From Takakia lepidozioides (taxonomy: Eukaryota; Plantae; Bryophyta), in the NCBI GenBank assembly GCA_030704615.1, contig CM060734.1, forward strand, positions 6,014,001 to 6,078,000: a DNA stretch of 64,000 bases. The letters run 5' to 3'. This document shows, in pieces, positions 13,575 through 26,689 of this stretch (the first letter of the stretch is position 1; every line of letters begins with the position of its first letter). A model generated the notes under the pieces. It was given only the letters and a program-made list of their open reading frames with translations. It did no database searches and was not told the origin of the DNA. The position numbers were made by a program, and so were the translations under genes.

Positions 13575-13900
13575 CACGTTGTCAACGGGACTTTGACTGC
13601 TCTGAAAACTAGCTCATGAGTCATCGGGCTCCTCTAGGTAAACTGGATTGCAGCCGTTGTACCGCCCTTATTGATGTTCACCACAATGTCGTGCCCTTCA
13701 ATCATACCACCATCGAATATGGAAAGCTTCACGTTTTCGTCGTCCACACCAATGCGAATGTCCCCATCAATGGAGAAGAGGAGCGCACTCCTTCAGGAGT
13801 ATACGTCTCTCCGATGGAGTCCACCCACGTCCACTTGCAGCAGTTCCACCACAACAACATAGCAGTGCGCATTCTTCTACATGGGTGCCCATCGTAGCTG
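13575..13900 (-). pseudogene. Unknown small protein, paralog 1 (element C cargo)
   Basis: Minus-strand frame reads HCYVVVVELLQVDVGGLHRRDVYS*...GDIRIG...LSIFDGGMIEGHDIVVNINKGGTTAAIQFT*RSPMTHELVFRAVKVP; two stops sit where the paralog has Trp. Confidence 0.6.
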
Positions 13901-15124
13901 GAACAATCGGAATCAAGGATGCGCAGGAGCCACAGACTCCTCAGACCAAGATCGTCACCCCGCTCAAAGGCGTATAGTGATCCCTATCCGTTTACTTAGT
14001 GGTACCTATCCATCTGGGAATGCGGTGGCCTTGGGTGTCTTTAATCCATTACAATACCAAGGCTCCTAGTGGAAAATGTGCTATAGTTTTGAGTGCACCT
14101 TTTTTGGGTAAAGGTTTCTTATATATCATTTAAAACCATCAAGGGACCCAGTGGCTTTTTGACATATATGACAATGTTGAATCATAGAAGCCAAATGTGA
14201 CTAAAGGAAAAAAAAAAAAAAAAAAAAAAAAAAAACAAACAAACAGACAGACAGAAAAAACCCTAACATAAAAGCCTTCTTTGCTGGCCTTGCTCAGCGT
14301 TCATGTGGTTATGGGTTCGTCATTCGCCTTCGGGTGTGTAGTTTCTCATGGTTATATTGGGTTTTATTTCATCCCCTATTTATAAAAATCTTGGTTTTTC
14401 TTTAACTTTTATTAAACCTACCTAATCATAATGCCGTAAAGACATATAATTGAGTCATATCCAGAGCTACCTATTCCTCACATGGAAATAATAAATATCT
14501 CATGCAATTATTCTTAAATAAACACTCCGCGTATCACATGCCAAATAGCAAACTTACCCTTGCAAATGGGAATAATTTGTAATCTGCCATCGAAGTCCAT
14601 CCCCCGGATGGAAATTTGGCACCCCATTTACATCAAAGGGGGGATGGACTTCATCGTCTCGAGTGGCTATAGGCCCACCTGGCACTTACGGCCCATAGTT
14701 TGCATGGCACGGAAGGAAACTGAAACGGCTACATTCATGGAGCAACCAATCTTCATCCGTGCAGGTTCCTGTAGGGGGGAAATTTAAATATGCCCTGGAG
14801 TGTTAGTGAGGAATTGCAGCGTTTGCAAACACATTGTCATGTCCTTGAACTACTTCCAGCCACCGCGCTGCTGTCTCCTCCATCCGGGAGCTGCTGTCAT
14901 TGAGCGTACTCCGCTAATCTTTTGCAAGGATGCCGTGCCACCGCAATCCTGCTGACTGCCTTTATCATGGCCACGATTATGCGATGTTCAAACCAAAATG
15001 AGGAGACATCATTGTGTGGCTCTTTGTTTTCACTGGAATCAAGCGGGAGTCTTTGCGCGCAATGGAGTATTTGGAGGGCTATTACCTCTTTGAGCGAGGT
15101 GAGGGCGAGGGTCAATGCGGTCCA

Positions 15125-15499
15125 TGGGTCCTGAAAATTGTTGACCTCGATATACCAATCTAGAATGGGATGCCGGACAGATCACGCACGGCCTTGCTTT
15201 GGCGCTGGAACTGCTGCCAGTGGACCAGGGAGGACGGCACCGGGGAAAACTATATTCGTGGAGTTCACTCCGCTCTTCCAGTGTATGGAGACATTCGGCT
15301 GAGTTGCGAAGACAAATTGCACAGGCACATGAGGCCCACAATGACCTTGTCAATGTATGATGGTGGTATCATTGATGGGCATGACATTGTCGTCAGCTCC
15401 ACCAAGGGCACCAGAACGACCGCATTGCAGTTTACCTGGAGGTGCCGCGTCAATAATGAGCTTGTTTTGAGGGCTATCGAAGTTCCGTCGACTTGGTGA
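15125..15499 (+). pseudogene. Unknown small protein, paralog 2 (element C cargo)
   Basis: HGLALALELLPVDQGGRHRGKLYSW [frameshift] VYGDIRLS...LSMYDGGIIDGHDIVVSSTKGTRTTALQFTWRCRVNNELVLRAIEVP aligns with paralog 1. Confidence 0.6.
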
Positions 15500-15774
15500 C
15501 GCCCATGTAGAAGGCGGAAGGGTTTAGATGTGTTTGGAGTTGCTAAATGTGACACACCGTGTTTGATCAATAAAACAACCCATCATCCCTCACTTCTGTG
15601 TGCTGAGTTTCATTGTATTCAAGAACTGCTGTAATTGGCCCACTGTTTACAATTTGTCGTCTCATTTCTACAATATGTCTGTCCACATCAATATATCAGA
15701 GTCAGCGATATCAGAGTCATGAGGTGTAGGAAATCCATCTATGAGTAAAAGGAAACATGTACATGCCCAAGCTC

Positions 15775-16425
15775 GGAAATGCGGCACCGCATTTCATTTT
15801 TTTCCATGCAGCGATTTTCGGCAGCTCCCACTCCTCCGTTCTGGTCGTAACGGAAATGCGGTACCGCATTTCCTTTCTTGACATGGCATTTCCATACTTC
15901 GAATTCCAAATGCGGCACCGCATTTCCATATTCGACCTTGAATTGTCCAAGCATGTCCAATCGCCAATGCATGTCCATGTCCGTTTTGGAAATGCGGCAC
16001 CGCATTTCCGTGTCCGTCATCGAAATTTTGTATTGGACAATGGAATGCGGCACCGCATTTCCATCCAGCACAATGGAATGCGGTGCCGCATTTCTGTCGA
16101 AGGGTCTGGAATTGGACAAACAACGATGTCCGTTTTGGAAATGCGGCACCGCATTTCCATGTCCGTCATCGAAATTTCGTATTGAACAATGGAATGCGCA
16201 CCGCATTTCCGTCCACCACGATGGAATGCGGTCCCGCATTTCCGTCGAAGGGTCTGGAATTGGACAAACATCCATCTCCAAAATGGAAATGCGGCACCGC
16301 ATTTCCATGTCCGCCATGGGAATAACGTGTTCGACCTCCGAATGCGGCATCGCATTTCCATTTACCTCAATGGAAGGAGCTGACAATCGGCAAAACTTCC
16401 ATGTCGAAAACGGAAATGCGGCTCC
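15775..16425. repeat. Array of the palindrome GGAAATGCGGCACCGCATTTCC (about 13 copies), 3' of the copy C ParB-MTase gene
   Basis: Directly visible; higher-order unit of about 170 bp. Confidence 0.92.
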
Positions 16426-18629
16426 CCTTCCACCCCCTCATTGCCTTTCTCATGTCCAGCGGACTGCTCGTTGGCCAGGCTTTCGAAAATCCCATCTTCC
16501 CCTTGCGGAACTGACCATCTCACCTCCGTTGGGTCGTCCTCCTCCCTGTATGCATCGCTCTCTTCCGCTGAATCACATATATACTTTCGCACCCGTCTAC
16601 CTATCTCAGCTGCTGCTAACTCTTTCCTTATCCTTTTGTCCTCCCTAGCCCTCTCCAAAATCAGCTCTACTTTACTGGGATTCTCACATCGTCTAATCGC
16701 TGTATTTGCAAGTTTAGCTGCATAACTAGGAAGGGAGTAGTCCTTCACCGGGCTCTTCATGAAGTCGGTCCTTGCAAAAAACGGGACATTCTCCCTGGCA
16801 AGAAATGTAGGCGCCACTGGTTTCGACCCAGATCTTGGAATCCTGCACATAACAATCACCCACGAGACCAATGAGAACCACAGTCTGGAAATGCGTGTGA
16901 TAAAAAATCACCCAGAAGGCTTTGCAAACTTACAATGTTTGCACTCACTCGTATTCCGGGTTCTCCTCGGCATCAATGTCCACTGTCTCTTCCTCCGAGT
17001 CCGACAAATCATCCGAGGAATCTTTGGCTTCGATGGGAGCCTTCACATTCCGTTTAAGCCCTCTCAGATGGGATCCCCAGACGGATGTGTCCTCCTCGTA
17101 GGCAAAGAGGTGCCGGTCGGAAAACCGCCCAACCCACATTGAGGCACCTGTTAGAATGGCATCCACTCATGAAAACATGACCCTTCAAATATGGCAAATT
17201 TGAACATAATGAGAATTTGCAGAACAGCATAGTACAAGAATCTGCATACCTGTTCCACAGATGAGGTCCAGCACTCTACCCTCCAGGTCAGTGCATGCCT
17301 CCATAATTGTGTGGATGAAGGCAGGGCTCCGAGTCCATGAATACCGCAGGGGATCCGTTGAAGTGAGGCTATATTGAGGGAGGAGTTCCGTGGGAATGTT
17401 GTTGAACAGGACGTCGTAATCGATGGGGTTGCAGTTCGGGTTAACCAACAATCCATCCTTCCGGAAAGCAAAGGTCGAGTTCTCCTTCACAAAGCAGTAT
17501 GCATCGAACTGCTTTGTCTGCATACACAGTGGGGAACGATTAGAAATCGAATGCAGCACCGCATTTCAAAACAGCTTACAAGATGAAAGGACGATTGCCA
17601 ATGTCGTAATTACCTTCTTCCCTTCCGACCGAAGGCCCAATATGTTGATGCATGTCCACTTCTTCTTCAAAATTGGGACAGCGCTCTTGCGGGTCCACTT
17701 CGCAATTCCTGCCTCCGTGTTTTTGCCTCTGCTCGCCAGGACAACCACACAGCCTTTGTCGTCCAACAACATGCGGGCGAGTCCGAATCTTTTCTTCCAA
17801 AAGTCCTCGGAGTACCTGTTCCAAGATGACAAAGCTTGCAATCCTTCCATAGGCTCTCCATCCAGAATATCCAAGATGATCATATCGCAAGACCACTCGG
17901 TGGCTTTTCCGCCCCTCCTGCAATCCTTCCCTGCACACGCCTTCTCAAAGAACGAGACCATCTTCAGAAACCCAGGGGTGTCGGAAGGCTCTTCGTCAGC
18001 CGCCTTCTTCAGTGCTCTGCCCTTCAGACCCTCCATGGTCTTGATGTATGCCAACTTGGCTGCCCGTCCATCCAAAGCCGCCAAGAAACTCTCATTGACA
18101 CACTGAACTATTGTTTCTGGCTCCACTTTCGGCCTCTTCATTTCCACCGGCTCGAAAGGGTGCCCCCCTGGGGAGTTGAAGAGTGCCTTCTTTGCTGAGC
18201 CTATTCTCGTCCCTTCCGTGACAACAATGGGCACAGGGGATTTTGGCTACGTTTTGGGGGGTGGGCTAGTTGCAAAGTCTCCATCGGAGTCCTCTTCGTC
18301 AACCTCTTCATGTTCTTTCTGTTTCTGCTTCTTTGTCTTCTTGGGTGTCACAACTGCTACTCCTTGCTGGCGAGTCCTCTTCAATGACCCCTTCTATTGA
18401 GCCTACACAGCTGCATCCACCATCTTCCATGCCATCTCAGCTACCTTTCTGGATTGTTCCAGAGTAGCAGCGTCCTTTGCCGACTCAGGCCCAGCAGGGA
18501 CACGTCTTTCCTCTCTCTTCTCCTCCGCTTTCTGTGCAGATCTTTCTCCAATTCGTCAACAAGTCCGCCAGACATGTCCAGGTACCACGGGCATCCAACG
18601 AGATGCGCGGCAAACCAGCCAATGCCAGC
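16400..18629 (-). pseudogene. Copy C ParB-MTase gene, 3' part (MTase-like domain and last exon)
   Basis: WFAAHLVGCPWYLDM; DMIILDILDG; FDAYCFVK; RSPAFIHTIMEACTDLEGRVLDLICGTG|ASMWVGRFSDRHLFAYEED; last exon IPRSG...NVPFFARTDFMKSPVKDYSLPSYAA; intron positions shared with copies A and B. Confidence 0.85.
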
Positions 18630-18634
18630 CAATA

Positions 18635-19360
18635 TGTCACGCACCTCACTTCGGTAAGCTCCCCTTCAAGTCATAGTTACTTGCTTGATGCGCGCGCCTA
18701 ACTCCCAAACTGGCCACCGGGCCAACTCGGAGCTTCGGCTGCTCACCGGGGCATAACGGTCCCCCATTACTCCTCCACTAGACCCTCTCCCAATTTGGGC
18801 CTAGTGGAAATTCCCTTTGGTCGATGGCAGTCTGGAATAGCTCCCCACACCTTGGTCGCTTTCCGGCTCGCATGTTTACTCACTAGTTTTTGGACACCAA
18901 CGGGCTTGCACCGTTCTCGGGGTTACTACTCCCTATATATACTTCTGTGACTGTCCGCGGGGGTTTCACAAACAACACCACCATTTTATGGCAAACCACC
19001 ACGAAAACCCTCGATTCCCGGTGATGAGTCACGGTGAGTCTTGGCCCACCCACCACGGTCCCCTTGGACCGTGCTGAGTCCCAAGACTCCCCACGACTCC
19101 CACCACAAGGTCTCCGCCCCCATGGTGAGTCCTATGCCACCCCCACTAAGTCCCACTAAGCTACCACCACCCCTTGTGGAGCCACCCCCACCGCAACCCG
19201 GTGTGCGGGGCTCCACCTAGTGAGTGCCTCCGCCTCCTCGAGTGCTTTGGGCACTCGAGGTTGCTTCAGCCCCCCGTACCTATTGCTGCCACCGCCCCTA
19301 CCACAGGGGCAGCCCCTCTGCGACCCGACCCCCCTGCCCTCAAGGCAAAGGGCCGTGACA
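18635..19360 (-). repeat. 3' LTR of the chromovirus
   Basis: TG...CA termini; purine-rich PPT-like GGTAGGGGTGTG immediately upstream on the - strand. Confidence 0.95.
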
Positions 19361-19994
19361 CACACCCCTACCAACATGGAGTCGATGTCCTCATCGACTT
19401 GTCCATTTTGTAGAAACGAACATCCAAGTTGTGGCGTCCCACATCAAGGAGTTTGTTTTGGCACCATGGCGTCCCATGGCTAAGAACCAAACCCCCACTT
19501 GACTCTTCTCTCCACTAGCTAGTTCGGCCGACTTCCTCCAAGTCCTGGCCAAGGGTGGAGCTTCTCAAGCTCCTCCCAGTGCACTCTTCTTGACCCACTT
19601 CAGGGCCAAGGATCGATCCTCCCCGAGGATCGAATCGCCTTACTGCAACAACATTTGCTTGCGACCGCTCGTGATGTCGCTTTTGGCATCACCTTGAGCA
19701 AGGGTTCTCCTTGAACCCTTTTTTACTAGGAAGATAACCTTGAACCAACCGTGCGCCTCAATCACTACAATTGGGTCCGCTTTGGGGGGGCTGCTATTTC
19801 ATGAGCGGCATGAGCATGAGCGGGAAAAAAAAAACATGAGCGGGCCATTGTCTGTCCACGGAAATAGGGTTAGGAGGCACGGAAATAGGGTCATGTGGAC
19901 TCGTCATAGCAATGAAATGCAACATTTTATTGCAAATTTGGTGGCAAGCCACGTCTATACAAGTGTGTCCTAAGTGTCATAGCAGGAATGGGAA

Positions 19995-22900
19995 CTACTC
20001 TCCTACACCTTCCGAGGAACTTGGCCCTCCTTCTTCCTCATCCCCCTCATCCCCCCCATCCTCCGAGCTCTGTGATGCATCGGTTGCAGTATGCCTGTCA
20101 AAAATGCCGTCCTCTCCTTGGGGGACTGTCCACCTCACCTCATGGGAATCTTCTGCCTCTTCTCCCCCACTTTCCTCAGTAGAATCCAAGACAAATCTAC
20201 GAGCCCGACGGGCTCTAATAGCTGTTGCCTCCTCCCTCATCTTTATTTTCTTGAGGCTTGCCTCGTCTAAAATCTGCTGTACACGACTAGGTTCGGAACA
20301 CCTCCTAATGGACACCGAAGCAAGCCGGGCAGCATAAGTAGGAAGGATGTAGTCCCTTTCTGGACTAGGCATGAAATCCCCCCTGGCAAAAAAAGGCACG
20401 TTCCTCCTGCCCATGAACTCCGGTGTAGACTTCCCTCCTGCCGTACTTGGCATCCTAAAGTAAGAACAAATCCACTTCAAGAATGTCAATACCAGCAGAA
20501 GTAGAAAGGGTTTTCAATGAAATAAGAGAGCGAAGGGAGGTGCCTCACGAAATCTGGAGGCAACTTACAATGCGACCACTCACTCGTACACCGGGGGCTC
20601 CTCGGCCTCGATCCCAACTTGTTCCTCCCCCTGCTCCTTCTCGGATTTTTCCTCATCCTCCGAGGATGCCTCTTCCTCTTTCGGCAGACGTTCAGCCGCT
20701 GCAAGTTCCGAGTTGTGGAGGGCAGTATCTGGCTTGAAGGCGAACACATGCCTGTCGGACAACGTCCCTGCCCACATTGAAGCACCTGAGGAACAAAGCG
20801 GGCGGTTAATAGCTTACGGCATGCAATTGCAATCGGGCCAGGGGACAAACTGAGCACGTGAAGGCTTACCCGTGCCGCATGTGAGGTCCAGAATCCGCCC
20901 TTGGACATCCGAGCACGTCTCCATGAGGGTTTGGATGAAAGCAGGGCTCCGGGTCCGGCTGTACCGCCACGGTTTGCCTGTGTTTGTGTCCTTCGGCATA
21001 CTGGAGTAGGGCACATAGTTGTAGAGGACATCGTAGGTAACAGGGTCCACAACGGCATCAATAAGACGACCGTCGTTGCGGAATTTGAACGTAGACCCTC
21101 TCTTCACAAAGCAATATGCCTCAAACACCAATGTCTACACATCCAACAAAAGAGGGATCAACTCCGGGATCTTGTTTAGATACACCACAATATGAGGTGA
21201 ATGCAATAGATTGATAACTTACACTTTGGCCCTCTGTTCGCAACCCCTGTGTATTGATGCAAAACCATTTTCTGAGGAGGACCGGGGTGACACTTTTCGG
21301 TGTCCACCTTGCCACCGCATTCTCTGTGGTCTTCCCTCTTGTGGCAAGGACAACCACACATCCACCGTCATCCAGAAGCATCCCCGCCAGCCCAAACCCG
21401 GCTTTCCAGTAGTCCTCAGTAAACCTGTTCCAGGTGGGCACACCATCCAGGCCCTCTAGCAGCTCCCCATCTGGAATGTCGAGGAGAATCATGTCGCAAG
21501 CTCTCTCCACCTCAACCCCCCCCCCCGAGTGCTCTTGCAATCCGTGCTCACAGCCGTGAAGAATTCCATCATGGCTTCAAAACCAGGGGTGTCTTTAGGC
21601 TCTGTACCGGCAGCCCTCTTCTTGGCTTTCCCCTTCTGCTCCGCCAGAGACTTGCTGTGTGCCACCTTCTTTGCCCTGGCAGCGAGAGCGTCAAGGAAGC
21701 TGTCATTGACGCATTGTGATGGTTGGAGGTTCTAGCTTTGGCATGTGCGTAAACGTCACCGCCGAATACCGTTGTGTAGGCTCGCCCTCAAATGCCAACT
21801 TCTTGGCAGAGCCAGTCCCACTCCGAACTGACTTGGGAACCCGGACGACCGGTGACTGGGTAGCAACAACAGCAGTCACAGGACCTTGAACAAAGTCGTC
21901 ATCCGAGTCACTCTCTTGGGTCCCCTCCTGCACCTCCTCCGATGCCCCGATGGTTTTCTGTTTTTTGGGTGTTACTGCACTCACCTGTTTCCTTGTCCTT
22001 TTCCTTTGGCCTTTACTCTTCTCATTCAATTTCTCCTGAATTCCTGCCTTAGCAAGCTCTGCCGCTTTCTTGGAGTTCGCAAGCGCTTTTGCCTCTTTTG
22101 CATCCAGCGGAGGCAGCGGAGCCCGATTTCGTCGGGCCTCCGCATCCAGCTTCAATTGAAACTCGGATGGGTCAAGCGAGCCGGGCGGAAGGTCCACATA
22201 CCAAGGGCAATCAGGCAAATGTTCCAGATGCCACTCCTTCACAATATCGTCAGTGTACATGGAGTCAGCCCCAGGGTTCCTCCATGCCAGGAAGAATGGT
22301 GGCTCGAAAGACAGATGACCTTTCTCCAAAAGGGAGAACTTGCAGTACCTGCATTCATGAAAAACACAATGAGGTCCCTGAACTGCAAATTCGGCACCAT
22401 TTTCCCAGGTTGGGGCGGATCTGAGTGGGCCTAGAAATGGAAAAATGGCGCCGAATTTCGGTTTTCGGTGATTGCCACCCTAGGGACTTAGCCATCTTGG
22501 GAGCCCTGAACTAGAAATTCGGCGCCATTTTTCCCGGTTTGGCCCGAAGATGGCTAAGTCCCAGAACGGCAATAGGGCCTAGAACTGGAAAAATTGTGCC
22601 GAATTTCCAGTTCAGGGCCAGCCATCCTAGGGACTTAGCCATTTTCGGAGCCCTGACTGGAAATTCGGCGCCATTTTCCCAGGTCCGGCCCGAAAATGGC
22701 TAAGTCCCACAAGGGCAATAGGGCCCAGAACTGGAAAAATGGCGCCGAATCTCCAGTTCAGGGCCAGCCACCCTAGGGACTTAGCCATTTTCGGAGCCCT
22801 GACTGGAAATTCGGCTCCATTTTCCCTAGTCCGGCCCGAAAATGGCTAAGTCCCACAAGGGCAATAGGGCCCAGAACTGGAAAAATGGCGCCGAATTTCC

Positions 22901-25900
22901 AGTTTAGGGCCAGCCACCCTAGGGACTTAGCCATTTTCAGAGCCCTGACTGGAAATTCGGCGCCATTTTCCCAGGTCCGGCCCGAAAATGGCTAAGTCTT
23001 AGAACGGCAATAGGGCCCAGAACTGGAAAATGGCGCCGAATTTCCAGTTTAGGGCCAGCCACCCTAGGGACTTAGCCATTTTCGGAGCCCTGACTGAAAA
23101 TTCGGCGCCATTTTCCCAGGTCCGGCCCGAAAATGGCTAAGTCCCATATGGCCTTGACCTGGAAAAATGGCGCCGAATTTCCAGTTCAGGGTCGGCCACC
23201 CTAGGGACTTAGCCATTTTCGGAGCCGTGATCTGGAAATTCGGCAAAAAATGCAAGGACTGAAAGGAAGGCATCGCGTATGTACCTGTACAGAAGGCGCA
23301 TTGTTGCTTTGTCCGCGTTCGGCTGGTCGGTGAACTCGTGGCTCCGGCGGGCATGTGGTATCTCCCGAAAGAATAGGTCGGTTTTGTAGAGCAGAAAGTA
23401 CCTCGTCACATAGTCGTGTAGGCTCTCTGCTGCAGGAGAAATCTCCATCTTGAACTGATGTGCTTGTGTGTCCAGCTGCTCTTGCGCATTTGTCGTCACC
23501 TATGGAGATTCTCCATCAGATCGCATTGCTGAAAAAATACAATGAATCCACCCCCTACAAGAGTAGAAGCGCCAAACGAAGCGTGGGGAAGTACCTGAAA
23601 CCACCATGTCATGCGGTTCATCCACATGTCGAATGTGGGGTCAGACAGTTTGTCCGGTTTGGGGAAGCTCCACATGTCCCTTGTACTTTGGGAACCATTC
23701 CAGATTTGGAGCCACCGGGTCTGTCCAACCACCCAGCATATTCGTAAGCGCCAAACACCACAAAAACGAGTTGTTGCCACCACAATTTGGTTAAGAATGT
23801 ATCACCTTTTCTGCACCATCCACACAGGATGTGGCTAGACGATGGAGCTTCTCCAATGTCATCGTGGGCTTCAGAGCGCGGGAGTAGTGCTTCCCCACCT
23901 CCACCAGAAAGTCGGCACCAAGGGCGGGATCAGCTATGGCCACGTACTTTACCATCTGCGACTTGTACTTTATGCGGGCCCTCACCTCCGCAGCTTTGAG
24001 ATACGATTCGAGTGCCTGGAGGGTTAGATTCTTCTCCTCTAACTCCATGTAGAACCTCCGCGCATGTGCCAAATCCTGCTGAATTTTCTTCTATTGGGGG
24101 AGGAGAGACAGATTAGCTCAACAAAACAGTCAGGATCTTTACCCGAAATATGTAGTCCACCATGGCGTCCATGCTCAGCCTATACCAGGTTCTGTCTGCC
24201 TTTGCCTCCGACTTGCGCAGGAGGTCGGCACTGAGCGAATTGGCAAACTCTTGCACCCCCTGCTTCCCGACATCCTTCACTCGGAAGAGCATATGGGACA
24301 AGTTGGTGGCAATGAAGGCATTCTCAGTCACCCTGCAATGCCACATTTCCATCAAACAATTCTGAAATGGGAATTTACAACAAATATGAGGATTCGCAAT
24401 GAAGGCCCCGCAACCTTCAGCACAACACACTCCACGGCAAAATGCCAATCGAGGTCGTTGGGGTGGGCTTCGGCTATGTGCTCCATCCATGCCAGGAAGC
24501 GATGATTGTCGTCCCACACGTAAAACATCTTTCCGGACAAGTGCTGGAAAAGAGGATCAGTAACAATCGATCTCTCGAACTCCTCATTTCGCCTTTGCCA
24601 ATGGGGACCCCATTTGTCCACCTCATCGGAAGTGTGGGCACGGGAAGCTCCGTGGTCGTTCTCAATGGAAACGTAAAACGCGGCAGACCCCATTCGATAT
24701 CCATCCCGGAAAGAGAATTTCAGCTTGTCGATATCGCCTGGGAGGGCAGGTCTCACCACCTGCAAAGACACCAAGCGGCAAAGGGGAATTCAAAGCTTGG
24801 CCGGGTACACCATGCCCCCCAGCACCCTGCCAATGTTGCTGTGGGTTGCCTCCAACATCTTGGCAGCGGCCAACTTCATATCCGCCTCCGACATGACGTC
24901 TGCTGCAGAGGGGTTCTCCGGCAGCCCACCAGGACCGCCAAATCCAGCCTGTATGCTGCGGGTTTGGGGCCTGGGGATGTCCGGGAGGATGTCATCCTAG
25001 TCAGAAAGCTCAGTGTCGTCCTCCTCAACATGGTGAACCACCGGCGAAACCACCTCGAGCACTCTCCCTGTCTCTACTGCCATCTCCCCGGCTTCACCTT
25101 GAACTTGCACAATCCGTGCTCTTTGTGGTGTTCTTTCCTCTCCTCCACTCTCCACCGTATGGGTAATTGCGGGGCTGCTCTTGTCCGCAATGGTGTAACC
25201 GGTGTGTTACTGCCTCTTTGTGGTGTCTTGGAGGGATCCACCGTCTCTGTGCGTCCCTCGCTTACATTGGCATCTGTCATTTGGGCACCCCTGGCCTCTT
25301 CAGTGGCCTTTTCTCTTTCCTCCTGGCTAGCCTTCTGTCTCGCCTGTTCTTTTGCCCTCTCTTTTGCCCTCTCACTGGCTTTCTGTTTCTTACTAGGGCT
25401 AGCAGCAGGGGAGCCCGGATGGACGACCACCTTTGATTGAGGCGAACTGACACCCTCGCGCGCACTGCTCACTCCCCCCTCCGCAGCCCGTGACGGCTCT
25501 CTCGCCGGGGATTGCATGTGCTTAGCTTTCTTCTTCTTCTTTGCGTGGGCGGGCCCTACTGCATGTGCATCAACAACCTCCATTGCCGGATCTGCTGTCC
25601 TCACGTCCTCACGCCCTTCACCTGCCATGCCGCCTGCACCAACCTCCCCAATGCCTATTCTGTCGTACCCTCGCTGCAGGTCCTCCCGTCCACCAACAAA
25701 AGGTTGAAGTTTGCCCTCTCGCCCCAAGTTGGGCGATTCAAACATGCGATGAGTTGGAGCGGTCGATGATACCATCAGCGTGCCGGGCTCGTCGTCACTT
25801 TTCCCAAAATCGTCAGAACCAACATCGGTGCCAAAACCAGCATCGCAACGAGCAGCGCAACCACCATAGCAACAATCGTGGAACAACAATGAAAACAAAA

Positions 25901-26213
25901 CAAGTTTAGGAAGTATGGAGTGCCATGGAACAACAATGAAAACAAATCCAACCAATGCCTAAGAATGACATGCACAAGCAGCCTTCTCCAGAGCTGCCGG
26001 CTTTGCACAAGCATTGCAAACTATCTAAGGTTCACTCAACCGGTAATATGAAACACGATGAACAAATGATTAGGAATTCCATAAGACAGGAAAACAGGGT
26101 GAAATGTTTTGAAGGCACTTCATCTTCTCAGCTCAGCATGGATTTCCTTAATTTTTAACCACTCAGACCTTGATCATTCTTCGCAACAGCTGCTGCTTTT
26201 GCGATGTAGCCAT
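19995..26213 (-). pseudogene. Copy B ParB-like/N6-N4 methyltransferase-like multi-exon gene (disrupted)
   Basis: IPLCRLVSLQVVRP...FYVWDDNHRFLAW (ORF 24352-24774); middle exons 24250-23280; WHLEHLPDCPWYVDLP; DMILLDIPDG; RSPAFIQTLMETCSDVQGRILDLTCGTG|ASMWAGTLSDRHVFAF; last exon ends at 19995; several stops and frameshifts; start codon tentative. Confidence 0.85.
22380..23245. repeat. Intronic tandem array, unit about 146 bp, about 6 copies, with internal inverted repeats
   Basis: TAGGGACTTAGCC recurs at 22481, 22628, 22774, 22920, 23065 and 23202; each unit holds GGAAATTCGGCGCCATTTTCC and its inverse, and GGGACTTAGCCATTTTCGG and its inverse. Confidence 0.95.
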
Positions 26214-26689
26214 ACGCTTCCAGCAATGCCAGGATGAAGATGCAAAAACAAAGCGAAAGCGAAAGCAAAAGCAAAAGCGAACAAAGCGAAAGCAGAAGTG
26301 GCTTGCCTGAGAGTACTCGGCTTCAGTTGGCGCGGGTTGTGAGCAAGACACTGGAATCTCCTGCTGGAGCTTAAGTTTGGCCATGCGAGAGATTGGTCGT
26401 CGTCCGTAGTACAAAGCTTTCAACTTCCGCGCGGCCTGGATGTGAGGTCTCTCTCAGGAGAGCTACGCCCTTCAGGCGGCATAAGTCCCAGCCAAAATGG
26501 AAAAAGATCTCAGTTTTTTGGGGTACATGCCACGAATAGAAGTTAATCCAAGATTAGCATCAGATTTAGGGTACGTATCGAGGAAGCCATGTGTCGCCAG
26601 CCCGAATAAAAACGGACGGCGGTGGACATTTAATGCCCAACTACGCAATTAAATGTCGGATGAAGCCCTCCCTGTTGGATGAAATATGA

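Noticed and set aside
14208-14270. Poly-A tract followed by AAACCCTAA, as a possible retroposon tail or telomere seed
   Set aside because: No TSD or LINE/SINE body is identifiable and there is only one telomere-like unit.
15717-16648. ORFs with GNAAPHF/MRHRIS/KCGTAF repeats (also at 4371-5115)
   Set aside because: These are six-frame translations of the C-type palindrome array.
24442-25440. 332-aa + strand ORF
   Set aside because: Antisense shadow of the copy B ParB-MTase gene, with no recognisable motifs.
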